DNA from: a virus
DNA length: 36,734 nt
Strand: one strand, 5' to 3'
Virus record (IMG/VR): IMGVR_UViG_3300020045_005387
Location: 1-36,734 of that record
Position 1 is the first letter of the stretch. Every line of letters starts with the position of its first letter. Shown piece by piece: positions 1 to 8,705 of the stretch. Made by a program: the position numbers and the translations under genes. The notes beneath the pieces were generated by a model. It made no database searches. It saw nothing but the letters and a program-made list of their open reading frames with translations, and was not told the origin of the DNA.

Positions 1-121
1 TGAAAAGCCAATATTTCAAATATTTGACGAAGAAGAAAAAAAATGGTATGATTTACACGACCAAAATCTATACAGAATTAAACCAAAGACAAACTACGAC
101 AAAGAAATTGAAGCTTTGCAA
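1..121. repeat. Terminal direct repeat, identical to 36614..36734. It is a circular-assembly overlap or terminal redundancy.
   Basis: Base-by-base comparison: tgaaaagccaatatttcaaatatttgacg...gaagctttgcaa occurs at both window ends. Confidence 0.95.
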
Positions 122-175
122 AATAAAGCTAAAGAAAATGGAATGAAAGTAATTATTAATTTTGAAAAGTTATGA
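2..175 (+). CDS. Hypothetical protein, 3' portion of the gene that wraps across the window ends (same gene as 36414..36734)
   Basis: The frame opened by ATG 36414 continues in phase through the repeat into 2..175 (EKPIFQIFDEEEKKWYDL...NFEKL*). Its stop overlaps the next start (ATGA at 172). Confidence 0.7.
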   Translation, partial: EKPIFQIFDEEEKKWYDLHDQNLYRIKPKTNYDKEIEALQNKAKENGMKVIINFEKL

Positions 176-381
176 TACAGAAATTACAAAATAGCGTAGA
201 CGTTACAGATTTAAGGATCACAATTTCAGATGACGATTTCTGGGACTATCACAAACAATTGACTGGATTCTATAAATCTAACTTTTTTTTAGTAACTTTG
301 TTTTCTAGAAAAGGTGTCGAAGGTATTAAAATATCCGATACAACTAAAGAAATTGAACAGTTTAAAGAGTTTATATTATGA
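172..381 (+). CDS. Hypothetical protein (69 aa)
   Basis: ORF track. Start and stop are coupled to neighbours by ATGA overlaps. Confidence 0.6.
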   Translation: MIQKLQNSVDVTDLRITISDDDFWDYHKQLTGFYKSNFFLVTLFSRKGVEGIKISDTTKEIEQFKEFIL

Positions 382-860
382 TTGAATTCCTTGCATTAAA
401 AGATTCTTTTTGGAGAAAAACAGCTTTTATAATATGCAAGGATAAAATGTTGTCAGATGATTTAGTAAATGATATGTATCTAAAACTGCATGATTGCAAC
501 AAAGAAATTAATGATTTTTATGTAATAAGAACGATTAGAAATCTTTTCTTAGATCATATAAAATCAAACAAAAATATTTCAATCGATAATTTTTATAATT
601 TAGCAGAAAATAATAATACATTTGAACCGACTGATTATGAGTTATCAATTATAGAAGATTGCGAAAAACTATCTTATTTACAAAATGGATTGTTAAAAGA
701 GTCTTATGACTTATCAGTTAGACAAATTTCAGAAAAGTATCAGCATATAAATTATGGTTTAATTCACAGAGAATTGGACAAAGCAAGAAAAACAATTTTA
801 GGAAACGATATTGATTTGTATTGCAATAGGAGATTAAAAAATAAGAATAAAAAAAAGTAA
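378..860 (+). CDS. Phage-encoded sigma-70 family (ECF-like) sigma factor
   Basis: A region-2-like segment (DLVNDMYLKLH...IRTIRNLFLDHIK) and a region-4 HTH-like segment (LSVRQISEKYQHINYGLIHRELDKARKTI) in a 160-aa protein. Confidence 0.6.
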   Translation: MIEFLALKDSFWRKTAFIICKDKMLSDDLVNDMYLKLHDCNKEINDFYVIRTIRNLFLDHIKSNKNISIDNFYNLAENNNTFEPTDYELSIIEDCEKLSYLQNGLLKESYDLSVRQISEKYQHINYGLIHRELDKARKTILGNDIDLYCNRRLKNKNKKK

Positions 861-872
861 AAATGAAAAATA

Positions 873-885
873 TTTTGTATATTTG
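873..885 (+). promoter_or_regulatory. Bacteroidetes-type promoter -7 box (TTTTGTATATTTG) upstream of the HNH and late genes
   Basis: TATATTTG matches the TAnnTTTG consensus. The same extended TTTTGTAnnTTTG occurs at 22484 and 31344. Confidence 0.55.
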
Positions 886-976
886 TGTTTGTAGAGTGGA
901 CGCTACAAATAAAGAAATTATAAAAATCCAATACAGATAGAGACGTCCACCTCTTGAAGTATTGGTTTTTACGTTT

Positions 977-1489
977 ATGGAAATTTGGAAAACAATTGAA
1001 GAATTTGAAGATTACCAAGTTAGTAATTTAGGAAATGTTAAGAGTTTGGAAAGGAAATATTTTATGAAAATGAATAATTCTTTTGCAATAAGTAAAGAAA
1101 GAATATTAAAAGCAGGAACAAATAAAGGTTATTACATAGTTGTTTTACAAAAAAATAGAATTAGAAAAACAAAATTAATTCATCAATTAGTAGCAATAGC
1201 ATTTTTAAATCATAAGCCTTCTCATCATAAATTAGTTGTAAATCATATTAATTTTGATAAAACCGATAACAGAGTAGAGAATTTAGAAATAGTTACTCAA
1301 AGAGAAAACGCTAATAGAAAACACATTAAAAGCAGTTCAAAATATACAGGTGTTTGTTGGAATAAACCAAATAAAAATTGGACAGCACAAATATCAATAA
1401 ATAGAAAAAAAATATATTTAGGAAGTTTTATAAATGAGCTAGAAGCACATAATGCATATTTATTAGCGAAATCAAAATTAATTAACTAA
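977..1489 (+). CDS. HNH homing endonuclease with NUMOD4-like N-terminus and AP2 DNA-binding C-terminus
   Basis: MEIWKTIEEFEDYQVSNLGNVKS (NUMOD4-like), VVNHINFDKTDNRVENLEIVTQRENANRK (HNH) and YTGVCWNKPNKNWTAQISINRKKIYLGSF (AP2). ATG 977 is preferred over the TTG at 962. Confidence 0.9.
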   Translation: MEIWKTIEEFEDYQVSNLGNVKSLERKYFMKMNNSFAISKERILKAGTNKGYYIVVLQKNRIRKTKLIHQLVAIAFLNHKPSHHKLVVNHINFDKTDNRVENLEIVTQRENANRKHIKSSSKYTGVCWNKPNKNWTAQISINRKKIYLGSFINELEAHNAYLLAKSKLIN

Positions 1490-1498
1490 TTTTACAAT

Positions 1499-1867
1499 AT
1501 GGCAAGAACAAAAAAAGATAAAGGATTAGGTGATACGGTTGAGCGCATAATAAAAGCAACTGGATTACAAATATTTGTTGAAGGTAAAGATTGCGGTTGC
1601 GAAGAAAGGAAAGAAAAGCTTAATGAGTTATTTCCGTATAGATTTAAGGCGCGATGTTTAACTGAAGATGAATATAATGGCTGGAAGGAATTTAAGGAAA
1701 TACGAACGCTTACAATAAGCCGAGAGCAAGTAAATTATGTTTGTGAGTTGTATGCGTCTGTTTTTAATAGACCAGTTTGGTTCCCATGTGCAAGCTGCAG
1801 TCCAAAGCCTTTAATTTCTATGATTGATAAATTAGATAAAGTTTATGAGAGTTATTTAATTAATTAA
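1499..1867 (+). CDS. Hypothetical Cys-rich protein (122 aa)
   Basis: ORF track. Contains CGC...C and CASC motifs. Confidence 0.6.
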   Translation: MARTKKDKGLGDTVERIIKATGLQIFVEGKDCGCEERKEKLNELFPYRFKARCLTEDEYNGWKEFKEIRTLTISREQVNYVCELYASVFNRPVWFPCASCSPKPLISMIDKLDKVYESYLIN

Positions 1868-1879
1868 TTTTTTTTAATT

Positions 1880-2152
1880 ATGGATAAAAGAAAAAACAAC
1901 GGTGGTCATTCAACAAACGGAGGACGTAAAAGCAAAGCAGAGGAGCAAAGTTTAATTGAAAAACTTACTCCATTAGAGCCTTTAGCCTTTAGGGCTTTAA
2001 ATGACGCTTTAAATGATGGAAAAGATTGGGCTGTTAAATTATTCTTTCAATATAATTTTGGTATGCCTAAACAGGTTATTGACCAAACAAACACACACAA
2101 CTTAAACAATTTCGATATTAAAGAGATGTTTCAAATTGATAAAGATAAATAA
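1880..2152 (+). CDS. Putative terminase small subunit
   Basis: Small basic protein immediately upstream of, and overlapping, the large terminase gene. The call rests on position and size. Confidence 0.45.
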   Translation: MDKRKNNGGHSTNGGRKSKAEEQSLIEKLTPLEPLAFRALNDALNDGKDWAVKLFFQYNFGMPKQVIDQTNTHNLNNFDIKEMFQIDKDK

Positions 2153-3332
2153 AAAATACAGTTTACTTGGTAGCGATAGTCGTTACTTTATTATCTCAGG
2201 AGGTAGGGGTTCAGGAAAGAGTTATTCTATTAACTCTTTTTTACTTTTGCTTACTTATGAAACTGGTCATACTATTCTTTTTACACGTTATACTTTAACA
2301 TCTGCACATATTTCAATCATTCCAGAATTTATTGATAAGATTGAAACGGCTGGACTACACAATGATTTCTATATTACTAAAGACGAAATTGTAAATACAA
2401 AGACAGGTTCAAAGATTTTGTTTCGTGGTATTAAAACCTCGATGGGAACACAGACGGCTAACTTAAAATCGCTGGCAGGAGTAACAACTTGGGTATTAGA
2501 TGAAGCAGAGGAATTGAATGATGAGGATATATTCGATAAGATTGATTATTCGATACGTCACAATGTTAAACAGAACAGGGTTATTCTTATTTTAAATCCA
2601 GCAACAAAAGAACACTTCATTTATAAACGTTTCTTTGAACAAAAAGAAGTACAGGGAGGAAGTACTTTGATTAAAAAAGATACCACCTTTATTCACTCAA
2701 GTTATTTAGATAACTATGAAAACCTTTCGCAGTCTTTTCTTGACCAAATAGAACTTATAAAAATAAATAATCCAAAGAAATACGAACACGTTATTCTTGG
2801 AGGGTGGCTAGACAAAGCTGAAGGAGTTGTATTTACTAACTGGAAGTACGGGACATTTAATCCTGATAACTTACAGACTTCATTTGGGCAGGATTATGGT
2901 TTTAGTATTGATCCTACTACATTGGTAGAGGTTGCAATTGATAGAAAGAAAAAGAAAATATATTTAAAAGAACATCTTTACAGGCCAAAACTTACCACTT
3001 CCGAAATAGCACACATAAACAAAACCATTTGTGGTAATAAATTAATAGTTGCCGATAGTGCGGAACCTAGATTAATTGATGAGTTGGTAAAACAAGGATG
3101 TAGAATTGTAGGAACAACCAAAGGAGCTGGATCTATTAGTGCGGGTATTGCGATAATGCAAGATTATGAGTTAATAGTTGAAGGTGAGAATATAGGCAAG
3201 GAATTAAATAATTATGTTTACACGGATAAAGGCAGCAAACTATTTTTGGATGCTTGGAATCATATTTTAGATGCAGCTCGTTATAACATATCTTATAATC
3301 TAACAGGAGGATTTAATCACGACATCCGATAA
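2136..3332 (+). CDS. terL: Terminase large subunit
   Basis: Walker A GGRGSGKS and Walker B VLDEAEE, followed by a C-terminal nuclease-like domain. The only in-frame start after the upstream stop at 2118 is TTG 2136. Confidence 0.95.
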   Translation: MIKINKKYSLLGSDSRYFIISGGRGSGKSYSINSFLLLLTYETGHTILFTRYTLTSAHISIIPEFIDKIETAGLHNDFYITKDEIVNTKTGSKILFRGIKTSMGTQTANLKSLAGVTTWVLDEAEELNDEDIFDKIDYSIRHNVKQNRVILILNPATKEHFIYKRFFEQKEVQGGSTLIKKDTTFIHSSYLDNYENLSQSFLDQIELIKINNPKKYEHVILGGWLDKAEGVVFTNWKYGTFNPDNLQTSFGQDYGFSIDPTTLVEVAIDRKKKKIYLKEHLYRPKLTTSEIAHINKTICGNKLIVADSAEPRLIDELVKQGCRIVGTTKGAGSISAGIAIMQDYELIVEGENIGKELNNYVYTDKGSKLFLDAWNHILDAARYNISYNLTGGFNHDIR

Positions 3333-3376
3333 TAACAATAATCAAAATAAATAGTTTAATATAAAACACATTTAAG

Positions 3377-4024
3377 ATGCGTATAGTACTTCCAGAATCA
3401 ATACAAGATATTACCTTGCATCAGTTTCAATTGTATAATGAACTATTGGAAAGAACTGACTTGGATGAATATAATTTCAACAAAAGGAAAATACAAATAT
3501 TTACAGGATTAGAACGAAATAAAATTGAATTAATAAGTGCAATTGATTACAAAGAGATAACAGAACAGATTGATATAGCATTAAACCAAACAGTAGAATT
3601 TAAACCTACTTTTTTTATAAAAGACGTTGAGTTTGGTTTCATTCCTAACTTGGATAAAATGACACAAGGGGAGTTTATAGATATTTCAAATTACGGGACA
3701 GACGTAAAAGAAATGCATAAACTAATGTCTGTTTTATTTAGACCGATTAAAAAGAAAGACTCTTTAGGTAATTACGAAATCATAAATTATCAAGGAACTA
3801 AACAATATGCCGACATAATGAAACACATGCCTTTGTCAATTGTAAATGGAGCACTGGTTTTTTTTTCGAGTTTAGCCAACGAGTTAGTGAATTATACAGC
3901 GAAATATATGGTGGGGGAACAAGTGAAGGGAAAAGCGCAGCAGACTACTTTGAAAAATGGGGATGGTATGCAACAATTGAAGAACTGGCTAAAGGTAAGA
4001 TTTGGAAAATTCAAACTATCTTAA
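3377..4024 (+). CDS. Putative tail assembly chaperone-like protein (zero-frame product, 215 aa)
   Basis: Contains the slippery heptamer G_GGA_AAA at 3928. The -1 frame stays open to 4128. Confidence 0.45.
   Translation: MRIVLPESIQDITLHQFQLYNELLERTDLDEYNFNKRKIQIFTGLERNKIELISAIDYKEITEQIDIALNQTVEFKPTFFIKDVEFGFIPNLDKMTQGEFIDISNYGTDVKEMHKLMSVLFRPIKKKDSLGNYEIINYQGTKQYADIMKHMPLSIVNGALVFFSSLANELVNYTAKYMVGEQVKGKAQQTTLKNGDGMQQLKNWLKVRFGKFKLS
3928..3934 (+). other. Candidate -1 programmed ribosomal frameshift site, GGGAAAA
   Basis: X_XXY_YYZ heptamer in the zero frame of 3377..4024. The -1 frame is open from 3802 to the stop at 4126..4128, about 109 codons in an AT-rich genome. Confidence 0.45.
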
Positions 4025-4124
4025 AAATGAATGTGCATGAAGTACATTTGTTTCTTTGTCACAAAATTGACAAGCAGAAATTAAAGCATAAAATAATGAC
4101 GCAATCTAATAATAGTATTGAATT

Positions 4125-4313
4125 ATGACAGATACAATAGAAAATGCAAAAGAGGAGTTTGTAAAATTACATTCTTCCTGTGGGTTAGAAATTACACATC
4201 TAGTAATAGATGACCGCATACAAAATGATATTGAAAATGTATCTTTTTGGAAGAAAGTAAAAGAATTTGCAAAAGCAGAAAAAAGCGAAATTAGAACAAC
4301 AGAATCAAAATGA
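4125..4313 (+). CDS. Hypothetical protein (62 aa)
   Basis: ORF track. Coupled to neighbours by ATGA overlaps. Confidence 0.55.
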   Translation: MTDTIENAKEEFVKLHSSCGLEITHLVIDDRIQNDIENVSFWKKVKEFAKAEKSEIRTTESK

Positions 4314-4765
4314 ACCAAATAACCACTCTTTACTCTTATCTTAAACAATTAGCGGAGGCTGATTCTTTGGTTAATTCCGTAATGAAAACACAGGGAATTG
4401 ATTTAAAGAAAGAGGTAATGTACCCACTGGTTAATATCAACATTGTATCAGGAGCATTTACTAACGGGCAAACAGTTCAACTAAATATTGAATTAGCTTG
4501 TTTTAATCAAAGAGATATAAATAAGGAAATTAATGTAGATGATTTCTGGGGACAAGATAATGAAGTCGATAATCATAATCTTTGCGTAGGAGTTCTTAAT
4601 CGTATGTGGTTAAAAATGTACATTGATTTTGAGGAGAACAACATAACATCAAGCGAAAACCCAACGTTTGAATTGGGCTCTTTTGAAGGGGCTAAATTAC
4701 TTGATGGAGCAAGATTGACTTTTGTTGTAGAGGTTCCAAACACAGAGTTATCCTTATGTCAGTAG
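4310..4765 (+). CDS. Hypothetical virion-module protein (151 aa)
   Basis: ORF track. Tightly packed within the structural operon. Confidence 0.6.
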   Translation: MNQITTLYSYLKQLAEADSLVNSVMKTQGIDLKKEVMYPLVNINIVSGAFTNGQTVQLNIELACFNQRDINKEINVDDFWGQDNEVDNHNLCVGVLNRMWLKMYIDFEENNITSSENPTFELGSFEGAKLLDGARLTFVVEVPNTELSLCQ

Positions 4766-5283
4766 TCGATGAGTTAAATAAATTTGGTGCTTATGTACAA
4801 CAACAAGCCAAAAGCAATCTTTCAAAAAAGAAAAAGAAAGACACGTCTAAACTTTACAACGGGATTAATTACAAGACAACCGAGACAAATGATGGCGCAA
4901 TATTAACTTTTGATTTTAAAGACGCAAACGATTATTGGGAGTTTGTAGATAAAGGAGTAAAAGGTGTTTCAAGTTCAGCGAAAGCACCTAACAGTCATTT
5001 TAAATTCGGAACAGGAACAGGTAAAAAAGGCGGTTTGACAAGTGGAATCAATGGTTGGGTTTCACGTAAACGGATTCAATTTAAAGATAGGAGGACTGGT
5101 CAATTTCTTTCGTATAAGTCAACCGCCTTTTTAATTATGAGAAGCATTTGGAATAAAGGATTAGAAACAACTAACTTTTTTACCAAACCATTTGAGGCAG
5201 CGTTTAAAAGATTACCTGATGATGTTTACGCTGCGTATGGTTTAGAAGTTGAAAAACAAATTAAAATAGCATTGAAATTATGA
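4756..5283 (+). CDS. Putative neck/tail component with an HK97 gp10-like motif
   Basis: DYWEFVDKGVKG resembles the YaxxvExGT motif of gp10-type proteins. Weak call. Confidence 0.35.
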   Translation: MSVVDELNKFGAYVQQQAKSNLSKKKKKDTSKLYNGINYKTTETNDGAILTFDFKDANDYWEFVDKGVKGVSSSAKAPNSHFKFGTGTGKKGGLTSGINGWVSRKRIQFKDRRTGQFLSYKSTAFLIMRSIWNKGLETTNFFTKPFEAAFKRLPDDVYAAYGLEVEKQIKIALKL

Positions 5284-6323
5284 TTAAATCATTGTCCCCA
5301 TATTACCTATACATTCCTTGGATTAGTCCTTTGACATCTACTATATCAACCGCTTACACTTTACGTGTATATGTTTGGGACGGGTTGAAGTTATCGCCTC
5401 CTGCTACAGCAAGTTATACAATGACAAAGCCTAACTTAGCTACATCATCAGGAACGGATAAAGTTGATATTTCACAATTGATAAACGACTATATAGATTT
5501 CGAACCAAACGGGAACAATCAAAGATGGGTTAAAACAACAGTTGTTTACACGACTACAGACGAAGATGATTTAGATGTCGTACAGCTGCCAGTTACTAAT
5601 TTAATGTTGCAAGGTTATGGAGGTGGACTGGATGGAGAAAATGCACAGCCACCAACGAATAAAATATTAATATCTGGCACTGATTTTAAAGTATTCAGAA
5701 ATGGATATTTTAATTTTCCTTTAATTATAAGCGAATCAGATACAGTTAGTGTAACTGTAAAATCTTATCCTGATTTAAACATAAACGACACCTATACTTA
5801 TTTGCCTACAACCAATAATGCTAACATAGTAAAAAATGTTTTGGTAGATTTGTCTTTAGCATTAGGGGACGAAGTTGTAGAGATTATTTATAATGAAGTT
5901 GTAGTGTCTTTATTAATAACAGATGAATGTAGATACGCACCAATTGATATTGCTTTTCAAAATAAAGAAGGAGCGTTACAGTTTGTTACTTTTTTTAAGG
6001 CTAAATCAGAATCTTTAACAGTTACAAATGAAGAATTTCAAAGCGATAGAGGGCAAGCGATTGACGGTAATCATCAAATGGTAACTTATAACGTAAACGG
6101 AAATTCTAAGCTTAAAATTAACTCAGGTTTTATAGATGAGTCAATGAATGAAACTATGAAGCAATTATTTTTAAGTGAAAGGATTTGGCAATTTGACGGT
6201 ACAAATTATATCCCTTTAAAGATTGGAAGTAAAACTTTGGAGTATAAAACACGAATGAAAGACAGGTTAATTAACTATGAAGTTGAATTTGATTATGCTT
6301 TTAACGAAATAAACAACCAGTAA
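5280..6323 (+). CDS. Putative tail structural protein (347 aa)
   Basis: Position immediately upstream of the 750-aa tail protein, with an overlapping start. Confidence 0.4.
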   Translation: MIKSLSPYYLYIPWISPLTSTISTAYTLRVYVWDGLKLSPPATASYTMTKPNLATSSGTDKVDISQLINDYIDFEPNGNNQRWVKTTVVYTTTDEDDLDVVQLPVTNLMLQGYGGGLDGENAQPPTNKILISGTDFKVFRNGYFNFPLIISESDTVSVTVKSYPDLNINDTYTYLPTTNNANIVKNVLVDLSLALGDEVVEIIYNEVVVSLLITDECRYAPIDIAFQNKEGALQFVTFFKAKSESLTVTNEEFQSDRGQAIDGNHQMVTYNVNGNSKLKINSGFIDESMNETMKQLFLSERIWQFDGTNYIPLKIGSKTLEYKTRMKDRLINYEVEFDYAFNEINNQ

Positions 6324-8575
6324 TGTTTGCAAGCTTATACATCGGTAATGACAAATTAGATTTATTCAAGGACGAATCCATTGAGTTGTCTTCAAGTGTT
6401 GCTAACATAAATGACATCACAAAGAACATGACTGACTATTCTAAGTCTTTTACTGTTCCGGCTACACATGCTAACAATATTATTTTTAAACATTATTATA
6501 ATGCTAATATTGACAATGCTTTTGACGCAAGGATTAAGCACTCAGGCAGAATTGAATTATACGGACTTCCTTTTAAGACAGGAAAATGGACTTTAAATAA
6601 AGTAAGTGTAAAGCAAGGCAAACCAAGTTCGTACACTATTAACTTTGTAGGTAACTTAGTTTCTCTTAAAGATAAATTAAAAAACTATGAATTAAAAGAC
6701 TTAGACCTTTCTGCCTACAATCACAATTACAACCCAACAAATGTAAAAACAGGATTAACTTCGTCTTTATTTAGTGGGGCAATAGTATATAATTTATTTG
6801 CTAAAAAACAATTGTATTATCGTTCTGGTAGTGAAAATATTAACACAGCAACACTTGCGAATATAGCTTATACGGGTGGGGCAAACACTGGAGTTAATTG
6901 GGATTTATTAAAACCTTCCATTCAATTGATTAAAATAATTGAAGCAATTGAAACAGATTTTAATATAACTTTTAGCCGTGATTTCTTTGGAACGTCTCAA
7001 TTTCAAAACCTATACCTATGGGCGAATAATTCAGCAACTCTAGTAAATAAAAATGAAGTAAGGATAGATTTTACAAACATTGGTACTATTGGAGCGAATG
7101 CGGGTACAATGGATTTAGTAGAAGATACTTTTACAGCAGGAGGAAAAAGGATTTACGGACTTGTTAGAATTACACCAAGTGCAGGCTATGAAAATGTTAC
7201 TTATAAAATCGAAAGAAAAATAGACGGTAATCCTTGGAATTCTTATTCAGATCTGGATGGTACCACAGAGACATATTATAAAATTGACAGGAATACAGGT
7301 AATAAACATTCTTGGTACGTTACATCAAATGAAGAATTTAAATTTACATCAAGGCTTACAATTGAATTTTTTTACGAATCTTATAATGGAGTTGCTGATT
7401 TTCCAGAGCAAACAATATCTGGGCAGTTAAATGTAGCAATGAACTTCCCCAAATTAAAACTGATTGACTTCTTAAATGGATTGTTTAAGATGTTTAAATT
7501 AGTTGTTATTGCGGATGATTATGACAATATTTATATAGATACATTTAACAATTATTATGCATCAGGAGGCGTTTATAATATATCAAAATATGTGAAGACA
7601 GATACATTAGATGTATCAAAGGGCAATCTTTTAAATGAAATTAACTTCTTGTTCAAAGAACCAAAGACTTTATTAAATAGTCAATTCAAAATAAATACAG
7701 GACAAGGTTATGGGGATGAATCTACTTTGCTTACAGATGACGGGACACCATCAGGGATACCATTAGAAGGGGAAAGTTTATCAATCGAAGTGCCATTTGA
7801 GCAAATAATATACGAAAGGTTAATAGATTTAAACGGTAACGCACTTACAAATATTATGTATGGTGGAATTTTTAACGACAAGATAGAACCAGTTAGCCCA
7901 GACGTTCATATATTTTATAATATTAATACAGCAATAGGTAGTAAAACAATAGGTTTTATTGATGATTTAGGAGTTAGAACGCAGTTAAGTGGAAACATAA
8001 ACACACCGTCTCACTCAGTAGACTTTACTTTGCCAGAGTACAATCTAAATTTCGGAATAGAAAATAATGAGTGGAATAATTCGGCAAGTGAAAACACATT
8101 ATATTTAAACTATTACAAGAATTATATAGAATCAATATTTAACATAAAGAGAAGAAGTTTTAGTTTAAAAGCTATTTTACCATTACGTATTTTATTGAAG
8201 CTGCAATTAAATGATGTACTTGAAATTAAGAATAACTTTTATAGGATTGACAATTATTCTTTAAATTTATTAGACAGAGAAATAACACTTAATCTTATAA
8301 ATTCATTCGACTCAGTACTTGGAGCAATGAGTACTTTAATAACCGCATTGTTTGCAGATAACACAGCGCAAGTGCAGTCTGTTTATGTTAACAATTTAGG
8401 AAATCCGTTGTTTGATGTTGATGGAGCTACTTGGCTGGAGTTGACATATGAGGGTAATAATGTATTCTATACTTTTTTAGAAAATACAACAGGATTAGAC
8501 AGAACTACAAATACAACTATTACAAACACGGAAACGTTAGAAGTAATTGAAATATTAGTAACACAATACGCTTAA
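6323..8575 (+). CDS. Putative tail tip/baseplate structural protein (750 aa)
   Basis: Large protein in the tail module. The N-terminus (LYIGNDKLDLFKDESIELSSSV...FTVPATHANN) is typical of tail-tip proteins. Confidence 0.45.
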   Translation: MFASLYIGNDKLDLFKDESIELSSSVANINDITKNMTDYSKSFTVPATHANNIIFKHYYNANIDNAFDARIKHSGRIELYGLPFKTGKWTLNKVSVKQGKPSSYTINFVGNLVSLKDKLKNYELKDLDLSAYNHNYNPTNVKTGLTSSLFSGAIVYNLFAKKQLYYRSGSENINTATLANIAYTGGANTGVNWDLLKPSIQLIKIIEAIETDFNITFSRDFFGTSQFQNLYLWANNSATLVNKNEVRIDFTNIGTIGANAGTMDLVEDTFTAGGKRIYGLVRITPSAGYENVTYKIERKIDGNPWNSYSDLDGTTETYYKIDRNTGNKHSWYVTSNEEFKFTSRLTIEFFYESYNGVADFPEQTISGQLNVAMNFPKLKLIDFLNGLFKMFKLVVIADDYDNIYIDTFNNYYASGGVYNISKYVKTDTLDVSKGNLLNEINFLFKEPKTLLNSQFKINTGQGYGDESTLLTDDGTPSGIPLEGESLSIEVPFEQIIYERLIDLNGNALTNIMYGGIFNDKIEPVSPDVHIFYNINTAIGSKTIGFIDDLGVRTQLSGNINTPSHSVDFTLPEYNLNFGIENNEWNNSASENTLYLNYYKNYIESIFNIKRRSFSLKAILPLRILLKLQLNDVLEIKNNFYRIDNYSLNLLDREITLNLINSFDSVLGAMSTLITALFADNTAQVQSVYVNNLGNPLFDVDGATWLELTYEGNNVFYTFLENTTGLDRTTNTTITNTETLEVIEILVTQYA

Positions 8576-8576
8576 T

Positions 8577-8705
8577 ATGATAGCCGATATAATAAAATTA
8601 CTGCAATCAAATCCATTTTATGGCGCTGGTAAATTTACAGAGATTGCAAAAGGACAAAACGAAATTGATAATTATTTTAGAAAAATATACAGGCTATGGC
8701 GATAG
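8577..8705 (+). CDS. Small hypothetical protein (42 aa)
   Basis: My own translation gives MIADIIKLLQSNPFYGAGKFTEIAKGQNEIDNYFRKIYRLWR. It fills the gap between neighbours and overlaps both junctions. Confidence 0.3.
   Translation: MIADIIKLLQSNPFYGAGKFTEIAKGQNEIDNYFRKIYRLWR

Noticed and set aside
4043-4072. An internal promoter (GTACATTTG) plus the operator-like palindrome TTGTCA-N6-TGACAA
   Set aside because: It lies inside the -1 frameshift extension / 33-codon ORF (4027-4128), so coding constraints can explain it. I keep it only as a low-priority possibility, mentioned under the sigma-factor finding.
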